From: Cyanidioschyzon merolae
Lineage: Eukaryota
Assembly: GCA_000091205.1 (NCBI GenBank)
Contig: AP006490.2
DNA: 64,000 nucleotides
Direction: 5' to 3' (one strand)
How positions within the stretch are numbered: the first letter of the stretch is position 1; each line of letters starts with the position of its first letter. The position numbers and the translations under genes are program-made. Positions 51,020 to 62,900 of the stretch are shown here, piece by piece. The notes under the pieces were generated by a model. That model saw nothing but the letters and a program-made list of their open reading frames with translations, was not told the DNA's origin and searched no databases.

Positions 51020-52060
51020 ATTCATTCGTACACTTAGGATTTGTGATCGTGTTTTTGGAGTGGCTCGTTCGATTGAATACTGCTGGAATTCGGTACGCTA
51101 CCGGAATCGATGGTAGTCGCACCAGACTCGAACAAGGGTCCGTAAAATAACCGATATTACCATTGGATTCCCATGTTCTCGAGTGTGTTGTTCTTTTCTC
51201 CTTGCGTGTCGCATACCCGAGTCACGCATTTATCAAGTTTTTGATTTTTACGTTTTACGGCAACTCGGGCACGCAGTCACTCGCGCTACTGGAATGACGA
51301 GGAAATCAACGCAAATGCGCTCCTTGACGACGTGTACACCAGCCCATATCGAAAGATCACTATATTCATCGCACCGAGCAATGCATTCCGTTCAAATCGA
51401 AAATGCTCCTTTTCTTTATGGCATTCGACCAAACGCGATCCGAAGGCAGCGCGACACGTACGACCAGATATGCGCTCAGAGGTTCCAGATTCTTCGATTT
51501 CCATGGAAAGGCTCTTGGATTCGCACTTTAGTCATCGTTGCAACCGTTCCGAGTCGGAGGTGCGTCGCTTCTTTGCATCAAGGGAACGTTAACGGATCCA
51601 TGTTTTTCGAGTTACGCTCCCGTCTGGATTTCCGTTCGTTGGACCTGTTTCATCATGGACAACATCGCATTTAGCATATCCTCTTCTGCTCGTTGCCCCG
51701 TTCGTTCATGAGTGCGGCTCAAGTTACTGGCGAAAGGCACATTGCTCGTCTCGTGCGTCTCGTGCCCTTGATCAGCGCCTCTTTTGCTTCGATGCTCCTA
51801 CTGTCGCTTCGATGAATCCAGGATGCCTCGGCGTGGGCGCCCGCTCTCCCCCGTTGCGATCAAACAAGACATGCCCAATTCGAGGCAATGGTACAGACTA
51901 TCTGGAGATGCGTTAGGAAAATGTGGAAATATCTCTTCTTCGTGGGATACGAAACAGCTTGCGAGAAGCAGAAGCACCATCGTTTCCGTGGGCGACGTCT
52001 TCGCAAGCGGCAAGTCCATCTTCACCTCGGCGCCTCCGTCTACGGTCGATATTTAACGCA
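51020..52060 (+). mobile_element. Family-II element, copy d (seg A, seg B, and a degenerate zinc-finger-like remnant), in the intergenic region upstream of the GCN1-like gene.
   Basis: 'GFVIVFLEWLVRLNTAGIRYATGIDGSRTRLEQGSVK*PILPL' (~51045-51170) and 'DQICAQRFQILRFPWKGSWIRT' (~51460-51530) align to copies a-c. ORF 51784..52056 'MLRCSYCRFDESR...GKCGNISSSWD' weakly parallels the 'RCCYESRTEAR...RCMKCVDNN' region of copy a. Confidence 0.4.
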
Positions 52061-53981
52061 TACTTGTCATGCTCACCCTACCCTCCGTGCTGAAAGGGTT
52101 CCTACGACGCGCCGCTCGTGAAGAGCTCCCTGACGCCATAGCAGATGATGACCGAGTCGTTGACCGCTCTACTCTACGTCATCAATTCCTACAAGCATCT
52201 GTGGATTCTAGCGCTGGCATAGTACAGGTTCGCAAAGTTTTTCTGGCCAAGTACTTGTCTGCGTCGTCCAGGCTGCACTGAGCCGCCAAGAGTACGAGGT
52301 CCTCGACACTCGCAAAGCCGTTAACCAGAGAACCCGAGGTGCGCGCGATGTCGACGAAAGCACGGAGCAGATGCTTCGTATCCGACAAGTGCTCGAGCCG
52401 GGCAAGCGCATAAACTGCCTTCGGTGGCAATAACGCTTCAACGAAGCTCCCCATTTTTCCAGCGCGCACGACAGCCTCGAATTACGCGGACTAGATATTG
52501 AAGTGAGAGCATTGCTGGAGCGTGTTGCAAACAAGTACGTGTTCTCGGACGCGGGCAATGTGTTCCGGCAAAAGCGAGTACATCCCGAATCATTCGTTCA
52601 TGATCGCAGTGCCGGATAGTGGCTATGATTAGAGCTCCTCGTTCGAGGGCGCACCCACGAGATGAGGTTCTCGCTGGAAGTCGTCTCGTCTGAAAGTGGC
52701 GACGTTGTCCAGGAGCGACGCGTACAAATCTTTCGAAACGCTCCATGATATCTATGCTGCCCGTACCCCATTGTTTCCCTGGTATATACCTGGTGTGACT
52801 AGGCCGTGCCTCCGTTGACAAACAAGCGATACATAGCTTTTTATTATAGCTTGTTCGTCTCTTTTCTTCATGCATGCAGCACCATTTTTGACGCGAAAAT
52901 TCCATGACTTGCACAAAACAGGTGCCGACGAACCAGGCGGCCTCTGTCGCGGCGCCAAAAACAACGAGCACCAGTTCATCTCGCGGACGATCCGAGTTAC
53001 CGAAACGTTCCCATTTGCTCTGCATCCGTTCTTCATGCCGCGAAACTGTTCTAAATCAAATGGATTCATGGAGAATAAGTTGGATTGCTTAAGCTGAAGC
53101 TTGTTGTTTTTTTGGTATTTCTCGAACAAAAGAAGATGCTTCATCTTCAACATGTCATAAAGCATGTACTCGGCGGAAAATCCAGACTAGAGACGACGTC
53201 GAGAAAATTCGATCTGTGCACACTTCTGTTGCCCAAAGTACTGACGAACGCTGGTCTGGGAGCGATTGCTGCGATGATGCGGGTTCTCAGTCCCATTTCC
53301 ATCCAAACAGAAAAGACGAACGCCTCTGGCAGCATGTCCCTTGTGAGGTGCCACGCTGCTGTTGTGGAATGCCATTTCGTGGATGGACGCAAGACTAAAG
53401 GCATTTGTCTTTCAACTTAATCTATGATCCTTCATGAGAAGATCAGTGACCCTGCGGCATGAGCTTGTGAGCAAGTCGTACAGGGATAATGTCGAGTTTT
53501 TCTCGCCGTCAATTCAGCGGCGCCAATTGCTAAGTCGTCGAGTTGTCTCGAAACAGAGAGGGTTGAAAGTTTGACAAACGCGTGATTTGGCCATGCTAAA
53601 TGTAAGAAATGGAGAAGAGAATAGGCCAGCATGAATGCATTGGATCATGATACCAGTTATTTTACGTATACTTGATCGTGCGCGTTGCGAACCATCTTGT
53701 TGATGGTAACGTAACGAATGCCATCATCAAAGAGTCGAAGAAGCCACTCCATAGACACGCCCGAGAATCCTAAAACCAAATGTGAGCCTCCAGCCTATAC
53801 TGTTGTTCTTCGCATGTCGAGGCTGCACATTCAGATCAACGTTCAGAAACATATCGAAAGGCACGCGCAGAGTAACCAGTCAAGTTTTCGGTATCAAGTC
53901 TGACACAGGTGTCGCTCGCGAGCGGCCGACACTGTGCAGCCGGCGTCCGCCACGCTGGTTTAGCGTCGCTCTTCCCGCGAC

Positions 53982-56900
53982 TTGGTCAGAATCTCTGCGG
54001 GAGACGACTGGGATCCACGAGAAGCAGACGGACTCGAAGTCTTTATCCATATGGGGGCTAGCTGGGAGGATACGCCAGCTGCGTCTAGAATAGAATCAAA
54101 CTTTCACGAGTGGATCGAGTTACAGTACGCCGCTGCTGGTTCGACAGAAGCGGCAGCGCCAGCGCGGCAAACCATCGAAGCCTTGGTTCGTAGCGCTATC
54201 TCTTTAGATGGGTTGCACGCTCGACATCCGAGCAGCACTCGATCTAAACTATTTTATGCTTGGATAACGGATCGCTTGGCACGTGCGCTTGCTGCTGCCT
54301 GGCAGCGCTCGTCCACGGAAAGCACTGCGGGGCTAGCAGTGTTGCCTACGACGTTTCGTGAAGCTCGTTCGCGATTTCCAAGTAGCGATGCTTTCATTGA
54401 GACTTGCTTACTTGTCTCACAAGCTGTGCTTCGTTTGAGTTGCGCTCAACCCGATCTCCCTGGATCGGAGCTGTTGGCCGGAGAGCGGGGCGCGTCTTTG
54501 GCACTGCTAGCCCAGACCGTCCTTGACGAGCTCTTCAGCTTGAAGTTTGAACAGTGCGGATGGCTTCGCTGGAGGCGTTTGCTTCAAAAAAATCGCTGGT
54601 GGATTCTTTTGTTCTTATCCAAAAGTGAAGCTTCCGTTCTACAACAATTTGGTGAAGCTGTAACGCGGGCACTCAAACGCACTCCTGGACAGTCATGGGG
54701 CGCGCTGACGCTTCTGCTGCGCACACTGCTTCCGAGTCGTTCACGGACATGCACCAAGATGACGCAGACGGATTGTCGTGCTCGTGCTGGACGCATAGCT
54801 CCGGGCTCGATTGCCGCGCTCCAGCAGCTGTTGGAATACCATGTGCTACCCGTGCTGCCGAGGGCATTGTGTAGCGAGTCGCTGGCTGTGCAACGCGCCG
54901 CGGTGCGGGTTGTGCGGCTGAGCACCACAATTGCTGCCCATAGCGGCGCCGGTGCCGAGAGCAAACCGTTCACGTGGCATGCCGTGCTGTTGGAGCAGCT
55001 CCAATCCACGCACGGGGCTCGCGCACAGCCCGTGATTTGTGCGCTGCGAGCGCTCACGCTCGCAAACTCCGCTGGTACAGATGCCGGTTTGGCAGCGACG
55101 TGTGCCGCCGACGCGATGAACGCACTGCTTGGTTGGCTCGCCGCTGAGACGGATCCACCAACGCGCGTTGTTGCTGTTCGTTGCCTCGCATCCTATGTCG
55201 CTGTGGCATCTTCGCGGGCCCTGATCGATGCTGCACAACGACGCAAGCTCGAGCATGCCTACAGCGATGCATTCGGCATGAGGCAACAGCTGGACAGTGC
55301 CCCTGAGTTTCCGACGGCTCCCTACATTGCCGCCGAACTGCTCGCATGGGCACGTATGGATCTCGATCTTCGTCATAGGCGCCTGCGTTCGACAAACGCC
55401 TCAGAGAGCCCAACCACAAGGCCAAAAGAGAGACGTACCGCCGCAACTGGAGCGGTTGCAGCTCCATGCTCAGAAGAACACAAGGAACGAACAAGAAAAC
55501 TTCAGAAGCAGCCTTTACTAGCCGTATGTGCATATGCGAGCAGCATCGAGTCCGAAGCGGATCGCCTAACCGTGATCGAGCCTACCGAGCTCGCTGAAAT
55601 GCTAACGCTGTTGCAGCATGTGCAACGAACGCTAGCGCCGGATGATGGCATGGCGATCTTGACTGGCGGCAGCCGGATCGGCGCAGCGGCACTCGCAACG
55701 TGTCCAGTGGATGCGTGCGATGCGTGCGATGTTGCACGCACATGCGTGATCGCTGCACGCATGTTGTATCGGTGGTGCGTGCGTAGCGTCACGACGCCTG
55801 CGTTGCTGCAAGCGTTTGCGAACGTTTGGTTGGCGTTCTCAACACTAGACCTGCGCGTCTTTACGCCCAAAAACGTGACGGCGGATACACATGCTGCGCC
55901 TGTGGAAAACTCGAAGGAGAACTGGTTGCATGTGCGGGAAGTTGCTAGACTCGCTCGGTTGGAGTTGAGAGCCACAGATCGCGTCGACGTTGCTGAAGCG
56001 CTGTGGTCAGCATTGCGTTCAAAGTTTGTTCCCAGCTTGCTGGATCGTCTCGAACAGATCTGCATTGCTGTCCCGCGGTACGCAGAGTACACGAATGCCG
56101 CGGGTGTCTCGTATTGGCCCGTATACTCGACACGCCGGGGCTGGCTACGGGGGTTTCGGAAGCGTTTCGCGGCACTGATTGCTTCGATGCCCCTTGATGT
56201 ACAGTCGCCAAACGCTATAGCTAGTGCACTGATGTTCATGGTGCACCCTTTGGCGACGAGGCAAGCACGACGTCGCTACGAGGCTTTCACACAGTGGCAC
56301 ATGCCAGAGGCGCCGCTCTCTACGCTGCTTCGGGAGATGAGTAGCGTTGCCGACACGCTGGGCCGCGCTCCTCACACTGCTATTGCCGAGTTCTCAATTG
56401 ATGCCCTCGGTTTATTGCGTGCATCGATACGAACCTGGGGCTGGCTCTTGATTGAAATCGGACTGAAGCACTTTCCCGATTTGTATAGTCTCTCAACGAA
56501 TGTGTTCGAGACGTTCGTGTTGCCAGCGCTGACGGAAATCTGGCGCGAATCATGGACAGCTGACGACTTGCGGCTGGTGCACGACGCGATGCCGTCACCG
56601 CCACAGCCGCCACAGGAACCTGTTCGCAAACCGCCACGAGATCGCAATCCTGCTGATGGAATTTCAAGCAATCGCACGAAGCAGGAGCAACAAGCTGAGC
56701 GTGATCGCTACCAGACCGCAATGATTCGCTATGAAGAGCTATTAAGCATTTATCGCGAGAAGGAGCGTCGACGCGAGCATCTGTTGCAGCAGCAGCGCGC
56801 GTTGCATGACGCTTTAGCAGGAATCTGGGCCGGATGGTGCGAAATGCTGACAACGCTCCGTTTATCAGAGTTCGGCTCTGAGCTCTGCGATCTGTTCTTG

Positions 56901-59900
56901 CTTTCGATGGAGGTACTGCATCGCGTCACGAAGCACCTTGATAGGAATCGGGCTCGGGAGGTTTGGATGGCGCTGCTCCGGTCGGTGCAGCGCTTGGTGC
57001 ATTCCAGTCCGATGGCAGCCGAGGACAGTGCGCAGAACGCTCGGCAGCGAATGCTGGCCGCAGTGCTCAGCGTACCGCTTCACGCGGACGCCGTGGTAGA
57101 ACATCACGCGCTCAGTGGTGGCATCCCTGCGTTGCCTCGATACCCGTTGGATTTCATCCGTGGAGCGCTCCCGATTGTTCTCGCGTCGATGCAGAGCACT
57201 TTGCGCACAACCGAAAACCAAGTCCTCACGCTCGCTCCCTGGTTGTTCCTGGCGGAGAGCATCGCACTCGAGCCGCGAACTAGCCGCGCAGCGCTACCTG
57301 TCCTCCTGCCTCTCTACAAATTGGTGACCGACGAGATCGATCACGGGCCGATGAACGATCTGTTGGTCTCGTGCGTATGGCGATCTTTCGGGCTCACTGT
57401 TCTGCTCTGCTTCCTGACCGGGCAATGCGGCCTCGAATCAGTGGAAACAGAGACCAGAGAGGATCTCGAAAGCATGCTCTGGAAGCAGAGTCGATGCTGG
57501 CGTCGAGCGATGCGCTCTGACAGGGCCTCTGCAGAAGAGCGGTGTGCGGCATCACCGAGAACCGCGTTTGAACCGCTCCCGCCAGAGATCGAGAGCCGGC
57601 TTCTCGCGGAACTCCGCGGCCTGCCGGGGCCTGCGGGAGCCTCACCTCCCAGTGATGATGATGATGATGATGATCCGATTGCGGCAGCGGAGACATCCGC
57701 TAGCTTTTGCCGCTGGCGCGATGTCCTGTGTCGGGCGCTGCCGTTTCCCTGGTCGAGTCAAGGGCTACTCATTCATCGCTCGATTCTGGAGCTTTTGCCT
57801 GGAGTCCTCGGCACGAACGCCTCCGTTCGTTCCGTATGCGTGTTCTTGGCAGAGCAAATTCCCGCAGAGTGGCGACGGCACAGTCTCGCCTGGAGGCTCA
57901 CGCTGACGCTCGCGAGTCACGATCGCGTCCAGGAGGTAGCTTGGAAAGCGCAGCAGCTTCTCGAGCAACCTATTCACGACGTCAGTATGCTGGCGCCATG
58001 GCTGGAGCATCCTCACGCGTTCCTTCGACAGGCAGCCGCCGATGGCATCGCGGATAGCGTGGTACGCGCTGCCGACCCGCTTGCACTATTGCGTCAGTGG
58101 CTCCCTGTATGGTTTGCGCGTTTTCCCAAGCCAGTATCCATCGACCCGAGAGCGTCACCTGGTGCTCCGCGGAAACGCCCCGAGCAGGTCATGCACGCAT
58201 CAGAGCAGTTCTTTGGCGAAGGTTTGTCGCAGGTGCTTATCGCTCTGGCTACGCGAGACGAACGTCCCGTCAGTGCGGACCTACTGCCCATGATATTCAC
58301 GTTTCTCTGTGCTCGCGGTTGGCTGCATCTAGCAGCCTCTGTACGTCAGCGTCTGCGACAAGCTGCGATTTGTTTCATTGAGCAGCACGGATCCGTCGCT
58401 GTGCACACGTTACTGGCTTTCCTCAGCAGCGCTCTGGAAAATCCTCCAGCAGATCTCGAAATTACCCTGCAAGATCTGCGACAAGAAAACATTGTGATCG
58501 CTCTAGGCATGCTGGCGCTCCATATTCCGTCCCACGAGCCAGCGCTTTTGGGAGACGTCGGTGCTCGGCTCGCGCGCGTGGCATTGGCGACGCCCGCCGC
58601 AGACGTCCAGCAGGCAGCTGCGGATGTGCTCGCGCGACTGATTCCCAAATGGATGATCATCGATGATGCGACAGTGCGCGAGCGTATTGAAAGCTGGTTT
58701 GAGTGTGCTCTGAGCTCAGGGAGCTACGGCGAACGCCGGGGTGCTGCACTGCTCTGGGCGGCTGCGCAGAGCGCAACCACTGGAGCAGCAGCACCAGCAG
58801 CAACGTCCTGGAGCGGCTCTCTGCCAGCACAACGGATCCGCAGGATTCTTGCTGATCGCGATGCTCCTCTGGAGGCACGTCTGGGGGCGCTGACGCTGCT
58901 GGAAGCGCTCGCGATGCGCCTGGAATCCGCATACGAACCCATCGGTGTGGAGATGTTACCGCTGCTGTTGCAGGCTTCGGGTGATACCATGACGAGCGTG
59001 CGTCAAGCCAGCGCTGACGCATCCCGCGCATTCATGCGCCATCTGAGTAAGGCACGAATGTCGGCGGTGCTCGATTCACTCATTGGACAACTTGATCAGA
59101 CTGGTGCTGCATGGCGAACCCGCATGGCCGCTCTCGACATGCTCGGCAGCATGGCGGACATGGGTCCCGAGCAACTCTCCCAGGCACTCCCGGAAATCGT
59201 GCCTCGTCTGGTGACAGCACTCACTGATGTACATCCGCGAGTGCAGGAAACCGCTTCGCTAGCGCTTTCTCGCATGGCTGAATTGGCGATGCAGGTCCCA
59301 GCAGAGGAACTCGAAACTGAGAATGACAACGCGAAGCTGCAGCAGGCACTTGCTCGTTCCTTGTCAAAGCGTCTCGTGCAAGCATTGAGTCACCCTGAAC
59401 AGTACCTGCTCCCCGTGCTTCACGAGTTGCGGCGAGAGCTGCAACGGACCCTCATGCTGAGCGGCATTCGTGGCGGAGGTTCAAGTGCTTCCGTCCTACT
59501 TTTGGATGCACTGCTGCTGCCGCTACTCCGCCGGGCGCTCTCACATCGCCAACTCTCGGTACGCGAGGGCGGCCTTGATGTGCTCCTCGAGCGTATGCGG
59601 ACCAGTGATCGGTGCGCAGGCTATCGAGGCAGCAAGGCATACGATGCACTGTCATTTTCGTGGACACTAGCGCAGCTCGAGCAGGATGTTGTGTCGGTGA
59701 TCTTACGAGACCCGTCACCAGAGCAGAGGCACAGGGCAGCCCTGGCTCTCCGCGAGCTCATGCGTCCGCTTTCGTCTGCCGCAGACGCTACGCCTTGGCA
59801 GCGAGCGACCAGGGATTGCGCTGCGCTGGACGCAGTGGCCGGCGATGTCAGCGAGCGTGCGAGCACCACATGCGACACCGCGGAGCGTTCTGGGGTGCTC

Positions 59901-62900
59901 GTCTCCGCTCGGGATTCGACGGGTCGGATCGCGTCGCCGCCTGACCCTGGTGTATTTCTAGCAAGTCTCTGGGATCGACTCGTTGCGGAGCTATTCTCGG
60001 AACGCAATGCGTTTACGGAGCGAAGCGGTGCTGCTGAGGCCCTGGCAAGTCTCGCCAGTCTCTGGTGGCGAGGCACAGGAAACGAAGTGCGCACAGGGAC
60101 TGTTGCTGATGAGCAAACGCCAGTACCGCCCCCGCAAGCCGGTCATGTGGCAGCGCGACACGGTGAGCGTCAGCGCTACGAAGCATTTTTGAGGCCGCTT
60201 GTTTGGGATGCACTCGAATCCGGTGCTCCTTCGGGCAGTTCGTCGAGTATCCGACGCGAGAGTGCGCTGTTGTTCGTTGGCGCTTTGGCGCGTCACGGCA
60301 TTCCGGAACACACTTCGCTCTGGCGAGCTGTTCTCGGCTCTCTGCACGATGCCCAGGAGCCTGTGCGACAAGCGGCGCTCAGTGCAGGCGCGGCACTGAT
60401 TCACGCAGCACTGCAGGAGACTGCACGTTCAGAAGCGACCGGGTACAGTGCTCGGGAGCTGCCGTCGCCGGGGACGTCCTCGCACGATGCGCAGCAGATC
60501 GCTCGTCGCGGAACGCACGGGTTGGAGCACTGGTTCGAGGCTCCCTGCTGGCAAGCACTGGAGCAAGGTCTCCTCGCAAGTCACTGGCGGGAACGATGGG
60601 CATGCCTGGAACTCGGCGACCAAGCCGGTCGTTGTACCGAGCTGCTTGTCACAGGTGACGTCATCGCGCAGGCACCAGCAACGTTGCTTGTGGCGGGCGT
60701 GCAGGCGGGTACTTCGGACGCCGCCCTCTCCATCAGCGTTTCGCAAGCGAATGGCGTTACGACGAAAGCGCGCATCCCGAGCCAAGAACCCGGTACCGCA
60801 TTCGCAGACATCGGCGACTTGGTGTTCAGGTCCCGACCCGGGTTCGTCGCTCGCCTCTACATCCTGCGCTTTGATCCGAGCACCACTGTGCAGAGCCGCG
60901 CAAACGCACTCTGGAAGAAATGGGTACTGAACCCGGCGCGCATGCTACATGCGCTTGCATCCTCGATACTGGACATTGCGCTGGTGGGTTTCCAATCCGC
61001 TTCGCGCAGCAGTACTGCGGTCACGGGTGACGAAGATTTGATGCAGGCGCTGCAAGGCGCGCTCGCGGATCTCTGCGGCAAACTCGGCACGAATGTGACC
61101 GCTCGTGCACTGGACGCGCTACAGCATCTGATTATCGATGATGGCAGCAGAGAGGGCACTGTCGGTGCTACGGCTGCAGCGCATGCGCTTGTCCAGATCG
61201 TTGAGGCGCTGCCCTATACCGTGCGCGAGCAGCTGGGTGATCCGCATCTGCTCCAAGTTGCGCGCCATTGCCTGGAGCAGGACTCGGAGGCATTCGAGCC
61301 GGTTCGGCAGGCGGGCGGAACGCTTTTATCGCTGCTGGTACCTGTCGTCGGCGAGCGACGCGTGCTGGATCATTTGGTGTTGCCGCTGTGGGAGCGCTTT
61401 GAGCGCGCAACGCCGATCGGGGCCACTGCTGCCGTCGCGCATTGCAACGTGACACAAAGTAGCGCATCGACTACCACGAGCGTGCCGCCTCTCGGTGATG
61501 CCGCTCGCGGTCTGGTGCAGGCGCTGAGCCTTGCGGGTCTGGGCGTGCGGCTGCAGACGCTCCTTGTGCCCCGTTGGCTTGACGCCGGGCGTTGGGATGC
61601 ACTCGCTGCGCTGATCGCTCTGTTGGACACGGCACTCGCTCCAAACCTGATTCCGGTTGCGCTGAGTCGCCTCTTTGAAACCCCAAGCGCAGCGCAACGG
61701 GACCTCGTCTCAGACGAGACGATTTCGACAGTGTTCGGCTCCGAGGCGTCGACGAAAGCGGCAGAGGCTCTGGCGCGATACATGCCAACCGCCGTGGTTA
61801 CATTCGCACAGGACGAGTTGGCGTCTGCAGACGTCACCAGACGACGCCGAGCGATAACCCTGCTGCGGTTCATTTTCGTCGACAATCCCGTGGACGCGCT
61901 CAGTAGCCAGCGCTTGATCGAGTCGACAAGTCAGACGCGCATCAGCGACATATTTGCGCGACTCGTTCGCGCACTGGCCGACACGGACGACTTTATTGTC
62001 CAGCAAGCTGCCCAGGTATTCCAGTATAGCGTCGCACGAGTCGCTCCGGGGGCGCGCGTCGCAGCAGTCGCACCGGTGCGCGAAGCGCTGCGCGCACTAG
62101 GCGGCGGCACTGGAGAGCCCGGCGCTGGTACCCCGGTTCGTGGACTCTGCTTGGAGCCGTACAACGTGCTCGGCATTTCGCCTGTGCTGAGTTTATACCA
62201 GCACGCGCTGAGCGACCCAGAGACGCGACCGGAAACCCAGGAGCAGGCGGCACTGGGCATTGCCGAGTTGGTTCAGCAGGTGCCGCCGGCCGTCGCGCAG
62301 CCGCATGCGCTGCGCCTCATGGGACTTGCGATCCGCCTGTTATCGGACCGACAGACGCACTGGCCAGTGACGGTGGCACTGTTGAAAGCGCTCACGGCGT
62401 TTTGGGTGCAGGCAGCGAGAAGCGCTCGAGCGTTGGCCCCCGCGCTCCAAAGTGTTCTGCTGCGATACTTGCGCGACTCGCAACGCATGGTGCGACACGC
62501 CAGCGCCGAGGCGTTCGTTTGGTTGGTACTCGAGCATCCGCGCCCCGAGACAGCGCTCTCGGAACTAGCACGACTCGCCCAGAGTCAGGACGTGAATGCA
62601 ACCCAGCGTTTGGTGGCGATGGAGTGCCTCGCCAAGCTGCTGCGTGTCGCTGCAGAACGACGCAGCCGCGCACCATCACATCGTGATCCGGTTGAGCAGT
62701 CGCCGATCGCGACGCCACTCGAACAAGTGCTCAGGTCCTCGGGTGTGTGGCCGCAGCGCTTGCAGGAGACCGTGCGTGCCGCACTGGGGTCGGCGCTGGA
62801 CGCGGAGCGCCTCTGTGCTGCCCAGTTACTGGCGGCCGTGCATCGGTACTGGTTCGAGGATGTCGAGGTGCGGCACCAGTGTGTTCAGATGGCTGTGACG

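Noticed and set aside
29030-52060. The regular ~11-kb spacing of family-II copies as evidence for a large tandem segmental duplication.
   Set aside because: The genes between the copies are unrelated to each other (kinase, Tab2-like, Sec14, HIT, ZnF). Only the ~1-kb elements are similar, so they are dispersed insertions and not units of a tandem array.
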